From positions 3,419,710-3,483,709 of the forward strand of contig NW_003314264.1 of assembly GCF_000143415.4 (NCBI RefSeq): DNA of 64,000 bases, in the 5' to 3' direction. The notes beneath the pieces were generated by a model, which saw nothing but the letters and a program-made list of their open reading frames with translations, was not told the DNA's origin and made no database searches. This document shows, in pieces, positions 54,501-64,000 of the stretch. This DNA is from Selaginella moellendorffii (lineage: Eukaryota; Plantae; Lycopodiophyta). The first letter of the stretch is position 1; every line of letters starts with the position of its first letter. The position numbers and the translations under genes are program-made.

Positions 54501-55507
54501 CTCACCAGGAAGCTCTGGAGCGAGGAAAGCTGGCCGACCTCGGGCGGTATACCGCCCGACAGCGAGTTCGTGGAGAGGTCAATCTCGGTCAACATTTTGC
54601 AGCCGCCGATGGAGGGCGGTATGCCGCCGGTCAGCTCGTTCTGCCACAGGAGCAGCCGCCGGAGCTGCGTGAGTTGACCAAGGTTGACCGGGATGGTGCC
54701 CGTGAGCTTGTTCTGGAAGAGGTGGAGGTTTTGGAGCGCCGTGCATTCGCATAGCTCGTCGGGTATGGAGCCCGTGAGCGCCGCGCCGTAGAGGAGGAGC
54801 GACTCGAGGCTCTTGAGCCTGCCGAAAGTGGGAGGGATCGGGCCCGAGATGTTGGTCACGGCGAATCCAAACATGGTGAGGCTGGAGCAGTTCCCAATCT
54901 CGTGCGGGATCGGACCCGAAATCCCGGCATTGCCGCCGCCCCGGATGATCCTCAGCTTCTGAAGGTGGCCGATCTCAGGCGGGATGGTCCCGTTGAGGCG
55001 GTTGTCGAAGAGCTGGAGCGTGTCGAGGCTGGAGCAGCCTTTGATCGAAGGTGGGATCCGGCCGACGAGCTGGTTGGCCTGGAGGTTGAGGATCTGGAGG
55101 CGGGGGAGGTTGCCAATGGTGTCTGGGATCGCGCCACTGACTTCGTTGTTGGAGAGGTCGAGGAACTCGAGCTTGGAGCAGCGGCCGATCTCTGGCGGTA
55201 TCCTGCCAGTGAGATTGGTGGAGGAGAGATTGAGGGACTGGAGCTCGGTGAGGAGACCGAGCTCTCGCGGGAGCTGGCCGTGGAGGTAGTGCCCCGCAAG
55301 CGAGAGAGAGGTGACGCGGCCCGTGGTTGGCGAGCACGAGACACCGAGCCAGCTACACGGGCCCGAGGAAGAGTTCCAGCCCAGGGTGTTGTTGAATGTG
55401 TGGGCGAATGCGAGCAGGGCTTGGGCATCTTGAGACTCATCTTGCAGCTGCGCCACTGCTTGAAGAACGATCAAGGTGGCGAGGAGCAACACATGCCTCC
55501 TGGCCAT
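51519..55507 (-). CDS. LRR receptor-like kinase, subfamily XI, RGI/RGFR-like (exons 55507-52678 and 52087-51519)
   Basis: Signal peptide, PCSWLGVSC cap, more than 20 LRRs, TM segment, WQMTPYQK, IGRGSSG, AIKEI, HRDIKANNILL, ADFGLAK, GYIAP|EY, KSDVYSYGVVLLE. Confidence 0.93.
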
Positions 55508-55578
55508 GCTGCCCGAACTGATCAAATTTTGCTCCCTCACATTGTAGATGGCTCCGTAATCGCTGGAGCAAATTCACA

Positions 55579-55592
55579 CCCTCCTCCTCCTC

Positions 55593-55628
<36 letters not shown>

Positions 55629-55634
55629 GCTGCT
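55579..55634. repeat. (CCT)n(GCT)n trinucleotide repeat upstream of the RLK start
   Basis: cctcctcctcctcctcctgctgctgctgct... Confidence 0.85.
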
Positions 55635-57911
55635 ACTCCCAAGCCATAAAACCAAAAGAACGAGCTAACAACTCTTCGCTCTTGCTCTCCAAAGATGATG
55701 CTCAACCAAGTGGGACAAGGGACATAGAGAGCATAGAGGAGGAGGTGGAGCTGGGAAAGTATGACCTACAGCTTTGGTTGCTTGTGTGCTTCTTCTACCT
55801 GGGATTTAAAAAACAAAAGCCCTTTCTCATGTACTTTGCAGTGAGGATTGGATTGCTCCTGGCAGCTGCAGCTGCTGCTGCTACTCCTGCTACTCAATTG
55901 TCTCTCACTCACTCAACTCCTGCTCAGCCCCAGTTGTTTTTCTCTTCTTTTTCTGTGTTAATAGTGTTTCTCTCCCTCCTTTTCCTGTTTAACCTTTCTT
56001 TTTTGTATGCAATAAGTTGTGGCCATGCTTTTTTGAATCAGAATCAAGGGCAGTACAAGCCCCACTAGGTACCACCATCAACTCACAAAACCCCACCATC
56101 CACCAATGTTCCCCTCACAACAATATTAGCACTGCCCCTCTCAAATCCCTGAGATTTCTGCAGAGAGAAACGGTGGTGAAAGGTGAATGGGATACAGCCA
56201 TTTCAAGAAGGCAGAAAAACATCAGTTTCAGTTTTGTACTGCCAACCCACGTGATTGATTCAAATCCGCCGAATACACAAGCAATCACCATAGAGTTTCT
56301 CCCAGAAGGAAATAACGATACAACTCTCAGCAAAATCATCGTATTTTCCCTCTTGATAGATATGGGTTGACAACCTTTTCTCCCACTCCCAAATTCTTTA
56401 CAGATCACCCATATCATTCATATTCCAAATGCCTTTGCCTATTATCATCCGTTCATTCCAGTTTTAAAGCGAAAATGGGGGGGCGGCCCCGAGCTATCTT
56501 TATCTGGAGATCGTGGAATAAGCACAGTTTTCCAGCCCCACACTACACACTGCAATCACTTCGTAAACAGCAGCAATGCAATCCCCGGCAGGATCACACA
56601 CATCAATATCTTTTGAGGAAAAAGGAAAGAGGAAAACTTGAGTTTGATTGATTGATCCACTGAATTGAGATTGGGCTTGTTTTGGATCGACATAGGCTAG
56701 CTAGCCAGGAATCCATTCTCCTGGTCGGTAAAGAGACAAACTTCGTCTCCGGCCAGCAAACAAACCTAAGAAGCTCTCCTCCCTGTGTAAGTTCCGTTAG
56801 GAGGGTCAACGAGTATTTTAAGGATTTTTAAAGAGACTCGGTCGCATCAAGCACGAGCCTGGAGAAGAGAGCGATGAGATCAACTACGGCCACTTCCAAC
56901 ACCGGAATGAGGGTGACAGTTTTTGGGGGCATTTTCATTGCCTGCCACCTTTTCGAGTTTTGTATTGGCTTTGTTGGTTAAATGATGCATTTGCTCCCTT
57001 GATTAGCAATTTGCGTGATGTTGCGCGCTGGGATCTAAATCATGGGTTGGTATACTATACACATGTATGTATTAGCTTCACTTGGCCAATGCGGTGACCT
57101 TTGCAGGTATAATATATATAGTTTGTCTTGCTGTTTTGGTGATCAATCATGCTCAATCACAAAAGGACAGCCTCGTATGATGATGGAAGTATACAATCTA
57201 TATTCCCACTAGCATTAGGCTTCTAGTGCATTGGATTTGCTTGAGCACCAGAGAACACAAACAAGGACAGGGGATGGAAATCTAGTGCGTAATGCGTGAT
57301 GTCATGCTTAATTCGAGTTTTCATCTATCTATCTATACGATGTTTTGATATTCTCTCAATGGCCAACTTGAAGCATGAGACTGGATGTAAAATGCAAGGG
57401 TTTGTGTCATCTGTGACATGAGCATCTCGCACCAAGACGACATTTTTTTTAGTTTTTCGAGATAAAAGTTTAGTTTTTTGGCTGCCCACACCTGAGCATA
57501 ACGCATGCTCTACGCACCAGAAGTCAAGCACTGGAAATCGGGCAAATTGGAAGCACGCAAGCAACGCAAACCAGTGCTGGAAAACCATATGCACTGTCAT
57601 AGCTCCAAAAAATTGCCCACTTTTCTTTGTGTGTAGTGCTTGTGTTGTGCCCAAAGAAAGAGGTATCCGGATAGATGATTGAAGTGGCGGCCTGACATCC
57701 CAATCATAGCTCTCTCTCCCTCTTTTTTCCTTTTGGGTGTTCTTCCTTTCTCGTGGGGTTTGTTCTCGGCCAAGTGCCACAATGGGGCATCTCACATTTG
57801 CCCATCTCTCTTTAATCTGCCAAGGCAAAAGTACACCATGTGAAGTTGGCAGAGATAAGAAGGTTCTAGCATCCAAAAAAAGAAAAGAAAAAAGAGCAAG
57901 GGCGAAGAATT

Positions 57912-57984
57912 TGGAGATGCCGGGTATCGATCCCGGTGCCTCTTGCATGCTAAGCGAGCGCTCTACCATCTGAGCTACATCCCC
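57912..57984 (-). tRNA. tRNA-Ala(AGC)
   Basis: GGGGATGTAGCTCAGATGGTAGAGCGCTCGCTTAGCATGCAAGAGGCACCGGGATCGATACCCGGCATCTCCA; G3:U70 pair; one C:A mismatch in the anticodon stem. Confidence 0.94.
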
Positions 57985-58097
57985 GTGATCTCGTTCTCGA
58001 ATTCTTTGCGCGGGGAAAGAAGAAACCCGAAATCCTGGAGCCCTAATGCTGGCGCCCTCCATCGGTGGCGCCTTGGCGATTCGCGGCGGCCGGGGAG

Positions 58098-61000
58098 ATG
58101 CTCGTCTTTGGTGGATTGGCGCACGCGCCTTTGCAGCTCAGGTTGATTGTAGCAGTGATCCGTTCCCTTGTTTTTACTCATTTGCTTGTTTTCTAGAGCT
58201 TTGACGGCGTCCAATCTCTGCGGGAAGCATTTGCTATCCAGGATTCCCAGTATCCAGGGTCTGCAGCGTTGCAGGCTAGGGAAGAGAGAGAGGAGTCTCT
58301 CGACGATCGTTGCAGAGGTAATTGTAGGCGGTGAAGTGGATGGTAGCTTCAAGAAGAGCAGCAAGAAGAAAGTGAATGACAATGAGAAAAACGCGAATGG
58401 AGAAAATCTCTCGAAAGAGGAGGAGGAAGAGGCCTCGACCGCCGGACGAAGAAAACGGAATGCTGCTAAACTGGCAGGAACACCGGTTAGTGCAGAGCTA
58501 GAGCTAGGCAGTGGCTTAGCAAAAGGAAGGAAGCGCGTCACGAAAAAAATCCAGGAAGCAACTGCTTTGGGTGGCGAGGAGAAAAGCGTCGCAAAAACCA
58601 ACCTTTCGAAAGGGGAGGTGGAAGAGGCCTTGACATCCAGGAGCCCCGGACGAAGAAAAAGGAATGCTGCTAAACCGGAAGCTGGCACGGGTACACCGGT
58701 TAATGGAGAACTAGGCAGCGGCGTAGCAAAATCAAGGAAGCGTGTCACGGAAAAAATCCAGGAAACGACTGTGCAGGACAACGCTGCAAGAAAAGATGGC
58801 GAATCCAATCTATTAGAAGCAGAAGGCTCAACGATCAGGAAGCCTACCTCCAGGATAATGAGAAGTTTGTCTCGGGCAGCTGACGATGGTACCAGTTTTA
58901 GCAAAGAAGATTCCGGGGACACTCATGGAGATGAAAAGCCTGTTGCCAGAAGAAGGAAGCCATCTAGTGAAAGCTCCGAGACAACTAGAAAGCGAGGGAC
59001 GAAAAGGCACAAACTTGAAGGTGTCCAAATGGCCGAGGTGACGACGGAGGATGCCATTCTAATTTCCAGCAATGATAGTACGACGGATGATGCGATCCAT
59101 ATGGAGGGTTCTCGTTCGAGCTCGAGCTGCGATTCTTCCACTGCTCTACCTTTGGAGGAGGCAGCTGTGGACGCGTCTTTGACACGAAACAGCGGCCAGG
59201 AATCCAAAGGTACGGTGAAACAGGAACAAGTTTTAGTTGATGGGACCAATGGAACAGCTTTACAAGTTCCTTCCAGGTGCAGTGTTGAAGGTTCCAAGTG
59301 TCCGACCTTCGATCTTTCCCAGGCTATGGATTCAATGGCCACCGAAAGCTCCAAGCCAGAAAATCTCAGCAACGTGAAAGTAGAAACTTTTCCAGACGTG
59401 TGCTCTCAGTGGGACCAGGCGAATTCAGCTCGGCCTCTCTACTTGGAAATAGAGAAGAGGAGAGTAGAAGAGCAAGAAAGGCGTGCAAGCTCTCCGTCAC
59501 CTAGAAAGAAAAAGTTCAATCTCGTGTCCGAGGTCAGGTTTACGCTGGATACTTGCTCGAAGTTTGGAGACGTCAACGGAGCTCTGTCTGCTTACAGCTC
59601 AAACAGAGAAGCTGTGAAGTTCGACCTCTACAACTACAACGTGTTGCTGTATCTGTGTTCCTCCGCAGCATTGGGAGTTTTGGCACCGGGCAAGCAAAGC
59701 AGGCAAAGGCCTGATTTTTCAGATAATCAAGCTGAGAATGGACTGGAAGCTTACGCGGAAGATGAAGTGGAAGAAGATGGTGTTGTTCTGCGCGGCAACA
59801 TGGCTGGCCTGAGCGGAAGAAATCTAATGGGATTTACGAAGGAGATGATGGACGGGTTCCTGAGGAAAGGACTGGAAATCTTCGAGCAGATGCAAGCAGA
59901 GAATGTGGCACCAAATGAAGCAACTTTCACAGCTCTTGCAAGGCTTTCAGTAGCAAAACGTGACGGTGACTTGGCCTTTGAAATCGTGAAGGCGATGATA
60001 GCTGCAAAGATCCCACCCAAGCTCCGGTGTTATGGTCCTGCTTTGTACGTCTACTTCAAGCGGAACGACCCGGAAAAGGCTTTCGAAGTTTACAACCACA
60101 TGCTCGTTCATGGTGTTCAACCCGAGGAGGCGGAACTGGAAGTTCTTTTGCATCTCAGCTCGAAAGCCTGTCTTGGGGATCGAGTGTATTTACTCCTCCA
60201 TCACCTTCGAGAGACTGTCAGGGATGTCTCGCAGTCAACTGTCAGTGTCATCGAGCGATGGTTCAAGAGCGATTTCGCTGGTAGAGTTACAGGAAATTCT
60301 CTGCCGGGAGACTTTGACGTCAGATGCTCATCTCTTGCGAAAGGAGGGGGCTGGCATGGCTTGGGATGGCTGGGACAGGGAAGATGGAACGTTGGATATA
60401 CGTCGCTAACCGCAGAAGGCGTGTGCTGCCGCTGCAACGAACAAATGGTTACCATCGATATTACTCCTGAAGATACCGACGTTTTTGCCAAGTGCATTGC
60501 CTCCTTGGCGTTCAAAAGGGAGAGCAATAACAGTTTTGGTATTTTCAAGGTATGTGTGTTGCAAATATGAACCTTTTTCACGACTTGTCATTTTGCAGGA
60601 TTGGCTGGACAGGAATGGACCTTTCGAAACAGTCGTCGACGGAGCAAACGTGGGGTTCTACAACCAGAGATTCAACGGAGAGCTGAATTTTGCACAGGTG
60701 CTGCTAAGGTTGCGATTGGTCTTTCTTCAGTAAACTTACCATTTCTTGCAGCTGGAGACCGTAGTGGCAGATGTACAACGACGATCTGGCAAGTGGCCTC
60801 TTATCGTGCTGCACGTTGGAAGGACGATGAAAGGCTCGGGCAGATCGAGCTACGCTCAACAGTTACTGCGGCACTGGTCTAATGCAAAGGCCTTGTACAT
60901 AGCACCGGCGGGATCAAACGACGACTGGTAAGGTTCTTATCGATAGCTTTCTGCTGGTTACTGTTTTGGTTCCTAGGTACTGGCTGTATGCTGCTGTCAA

Positions 61001-61362
61001 GTGCAAGTCGCTGCTGGTTAGCAACGATGAAATGAGAGATCATATCTTCCAGCTGCTGGGAAGAGAATTTTTTCCCACTTGGAAAGAGCGGCACCAGGTA
61101 AGAAGTTTAGATTCGAGGTCCAATCTAAAGCTTGGAAAACTTTGCAGGTTCGGTTTCACGTTACAAAGCATGGTCCAGTGTTTCACATGCCACCGCCATA
61201 CTCAATTATCATCCAGGTAAGCGGGATATTTCTCTTTGGCCTACCAAGGAATTCCTTTTCGTGCAGGAAACCGAGAGGGGCTCGTGGCACATACCTGTAA
61301 GTGGTGGGGACGATATTTCATCTCCTCGGAAATGGCTTTGTGTTACGAGAGGCTCCACATAG
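58098..61362 (+). CDS. PRORP: Proteinaceous RNase P (PPR + NYN domains) with a long N-terminal extension
   Basis: LDTCSK.GD, YNVLLYLCS, PNEATFT, PKLRCYGPAL, GGGWHGLGWLG.G.W, CxxC, VVDGANVG, GSNDDWYWLYAA, VSNDEMRDH, WKERHQ, MPPPYS, WHIPV, WLC; exon 1 at 58098-58141 inferred from splice phase. Confidence 0.92.
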
Positions 61363-61648
61363 GCACAGGTTGAGTGTTCGATTCACTCACGTCCACTTTC
61401 GTTGTAGAAAATATCAACGTTAAGAGTTTCACGTCAGGCTACCTTTCCAAAAAAGTCGGAAGACAAACCGGTCTTATAACACACTTTTCTCGTGGTAAGA
61501 GACAGTGAATTTGGATCTGGAGCATTGCTGGTCCTGAATCTCTCCTTCTAGGTGTGGCCAACCGTGAGGATTTGGAGCGTGTGCTATGCTGCAACTTGGA
61601 TTTATCTCCTGTTCGTGGTAAAGATCTGAAACTCCAACTATAGGAACT

Positions 61649-64000
61649 ATGGGGGGAGGCGCAGGTAGCTCTGAATCCGAGCCCCTTGTAGCTCCACAAG
61701 TCGAGGCGGAAGGGGACGACCAGTCTCCAGTTGAGGAAGTAGCTCTTACAGTGGATACGCGGGATGACCCAACACTTCCGGTGGGAACGTTTCGGATGTG
61801 GTTCCTAGGACTTCTGTCGTGTATTCTGCTATCGTTCCTCAATCAGTTCTTCTCCTACCGAACAGAACCATTCATCATCGGCTTGATATCCGTGCAAATA
61901 GTCGCATTGCCGTTCGGGAGGTTCATGGCCAACGTTCTTCCCGAGAGAAGCTTTCGAGTTCCATTTACCAGTTCCAGCTTCAGTTTAAATCCGGGCCCGT
62001 TCAACGTCAAGGAGCACGTTTTGATCACCATATTCGCGAACGCGGGAAGCGGTTTCGGGAATGGAGGTGCCTATGCAATGGGAATTGTCAACATAACCAG
62101 AGCTTTCTACAAACGAAGCATGGGCTTTACTGCGGGACTTCTTCTCGTGATGACAACACAGGTTTGATACTTCGCTTTATACTTTTGAGATTGCATTAAA
62201 TCTAAGACTGTGTTTGCCAGGTTTTGGGATATGGTTGGGCTGGACTCATGAAGAAGCACCTAGTGGAGCCCGCTCATATGTGGTGGCCTGGAAACTTGGT
62301 TCAAGTTTCTCTCTTCAGGTAGAATCATACCACTTAATCCTGGCAAACATTCTTTTTTTCTCTTCCAGGACTTTGCACGAAGAAGATCAGCAGCAAAAAA
62401 AGGGCTTTTCTCGGAGCCAATTCTTTGCCATCGTCATGACGCTGAGTTTTTGCTACTACGTACTCCCAGGGTACATGTTTATGATGCTAACTTCCATGTC
62501 TTGGGTTTGCTGGATTTTTCCAAAGTCCGTGCTGGCTCAGCAACTCGGCTCGGGTTTAAAAGGTCTCGGCCTCGGCTCTTTCAGTCTAGACTGGGCGACT
62601 ATCTCAGCGTACCTCGGCAGCCCGCTGGTTACACCGTGGTTCGCGATTTGCAACGTTATCTTTGGCTATCTCGTCGTCATGTACATTGTCACGCCGGCCT
62701 GCTACTGGAGCAACATATACGACGCAAAGATCTATCCTTTGTTCTCGAGCTATCTCTTTACAAAAGATGGCCAGGTTTACGACGTGACCAGCGTCGTGGA
62801 CAAGAACTTTGATCTCGACTTGGAAGCTTATGCTCGCAAAGGCCCGGTTCACATGAGCACCTTCTTTGCCTTTTCATATGGGCTCGGGTTTGCCGCTGTA
62901 GCCTCTACACTGACTCATGTGGCTTGTTTCCATGGAAAGTAAGTCTCTTCTCTATGGCGTTTCGATGCTAAAGCTTTTGTTTTTCAGATACATTTGGGAG
63001 CGTAGCCGAGCTGCGCTAACTGAGAAGCCAGACATCCACACCCGACTCATGAGGAAGTACCCAGACGTTCCTCAGTGGTGGTTTCATACTCTTATGGTTA
63101 TCAGCATCGCCGCCTCAATCGCCACCTGCGCATACTACAAGGCAGAGCTTCAACTGCCATGGTGGGGTGTCTTGCTCGCTTGTGTTGTGGCTTCTTCGTT
63201 CACCCTGCCAATCGGAGTCATTACTGCAACTACAAACATCGTGAGTTAACTCTCGCTTCGTGTTTCTTCTTTCAACTTCTCTTGAATTGTCAACTTACAG
63301 ACCCCGGGACTCAATATCATCACAGAGTACCTCATGGGATATCTCCTTCCTGGCCAGCCCATGGCAAACGTTTGCTTCAAGACGTATGGCTACATAAGTA
63401 TGACACAGGCCATCTCATTCTTGCAAGACTTCAAACTCGGCCATTACATGAAAGTTCCACACCGCTCCATGTTCCACGTCCAAGTGAGTCACATAGCCAC
63501 AAGAGAAAGGATGATCTCAAAACAAGTTTTGTTCACTTGCAGTTCATTGGAACAATCGTCGCTGCGATCGTCAACATGTGTTGCGCGTGGTGGCTTCTTG
63601 GCTCCATCGAGAACATCTGTGACAAGTCTCTACTGCCTCCAAACAGCCCCTGGACCTGTCCCAGTGATAGAGTTTTCTTCGACGCATCCGTCATCTGGGG
63701 GCTCATTGGGCCAAAGAGGATGTTTGGCTCCCACGGCGAGTACAAGGAGCTCCAGTGGTTTTTCCTGGGTGGAGCTCTCGGCCCCGTGCTGGTCTGGCTG
63801 GCTTCCAGGACCTTCCCAAACGTGAAGTGGATTCCTCTCATCAATCTCCCGGTGATTCTCGGCGCCACGGCTTACATGCCCCCAGCAACGTCCGTCAACT
63901 ACATCTCCTGGAGCATCGTCGGCATCATCTTCAACTACTTCATCTTCCGGTACCACAAGGGATGGTGGCAGCGGTACAACTACGTCTTCTCGGCGGCCAT
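61649..64000 (+). CDS. Oligopeptide transporter (OPT family, OPT4-like), runs off the window
   Basis: [66 protein letters not shown]. Confidence 0.95.

Noticed and set aside
52468-56068. Long antisense and alternative-frame ORFs over the RLK (and similarly over the PPR genes)
   Set aside because: Expected shadows of GC-rich coding sequence, with no recognisable motifs
57325-58062. 245-aa ORF
   Set aside because: Runs through the tRNA-Ala gene and low-complexity sequence, no protein motifs

Overview
Compact, gene-dense plant nuclear DNA with introns mostly 50-110 nt and many PLS-class PPR genes built from tandem ~31-aa S-type motifs. This profile best fits a lycophyte such as Selaginella (inference, not verified). 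The window holds six largely intact PPR ORFs (one partial at the left edge) plus two PPR relics, and genes for mitochondrial-type RPS9, a DEG10-like protease, an At4g22030-like protein, a DUF538 protein, a class I small HSP with HSE/TATA, an MS5/SDI1-like TPR protein, an ATPase-dead MCM (MCMDC2-like), cytosolic RPE, an F-box protein, a small secreted Cys-rich peptide, an RGI-type LRR-RLK, a long PRORP and an OPT transporter. It also contains three tRNA genes (Lys-CTT, Leu-AAG, Ala-AGC), a young Ty3/gypsy element (233-bp LTRs, CAGGT TSD), two hypermutated gypsy relics in opposite orientation, several pseudogenes and two assembly gaps. The best novelty candidate is a three-member PPR family. Its two full-length members start not with a transit peptide but with an FGKHKG-x6-P-x2-YLRW module of the bacterial/phage DUF3820 / ExoX-C-terminal type. 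One of them carries an intact-looking DYW-type deaminase and lies 226 bp behind a heat-shock gene on the same strand. All family assignments come from motif recognition by eye; no database searches were run.
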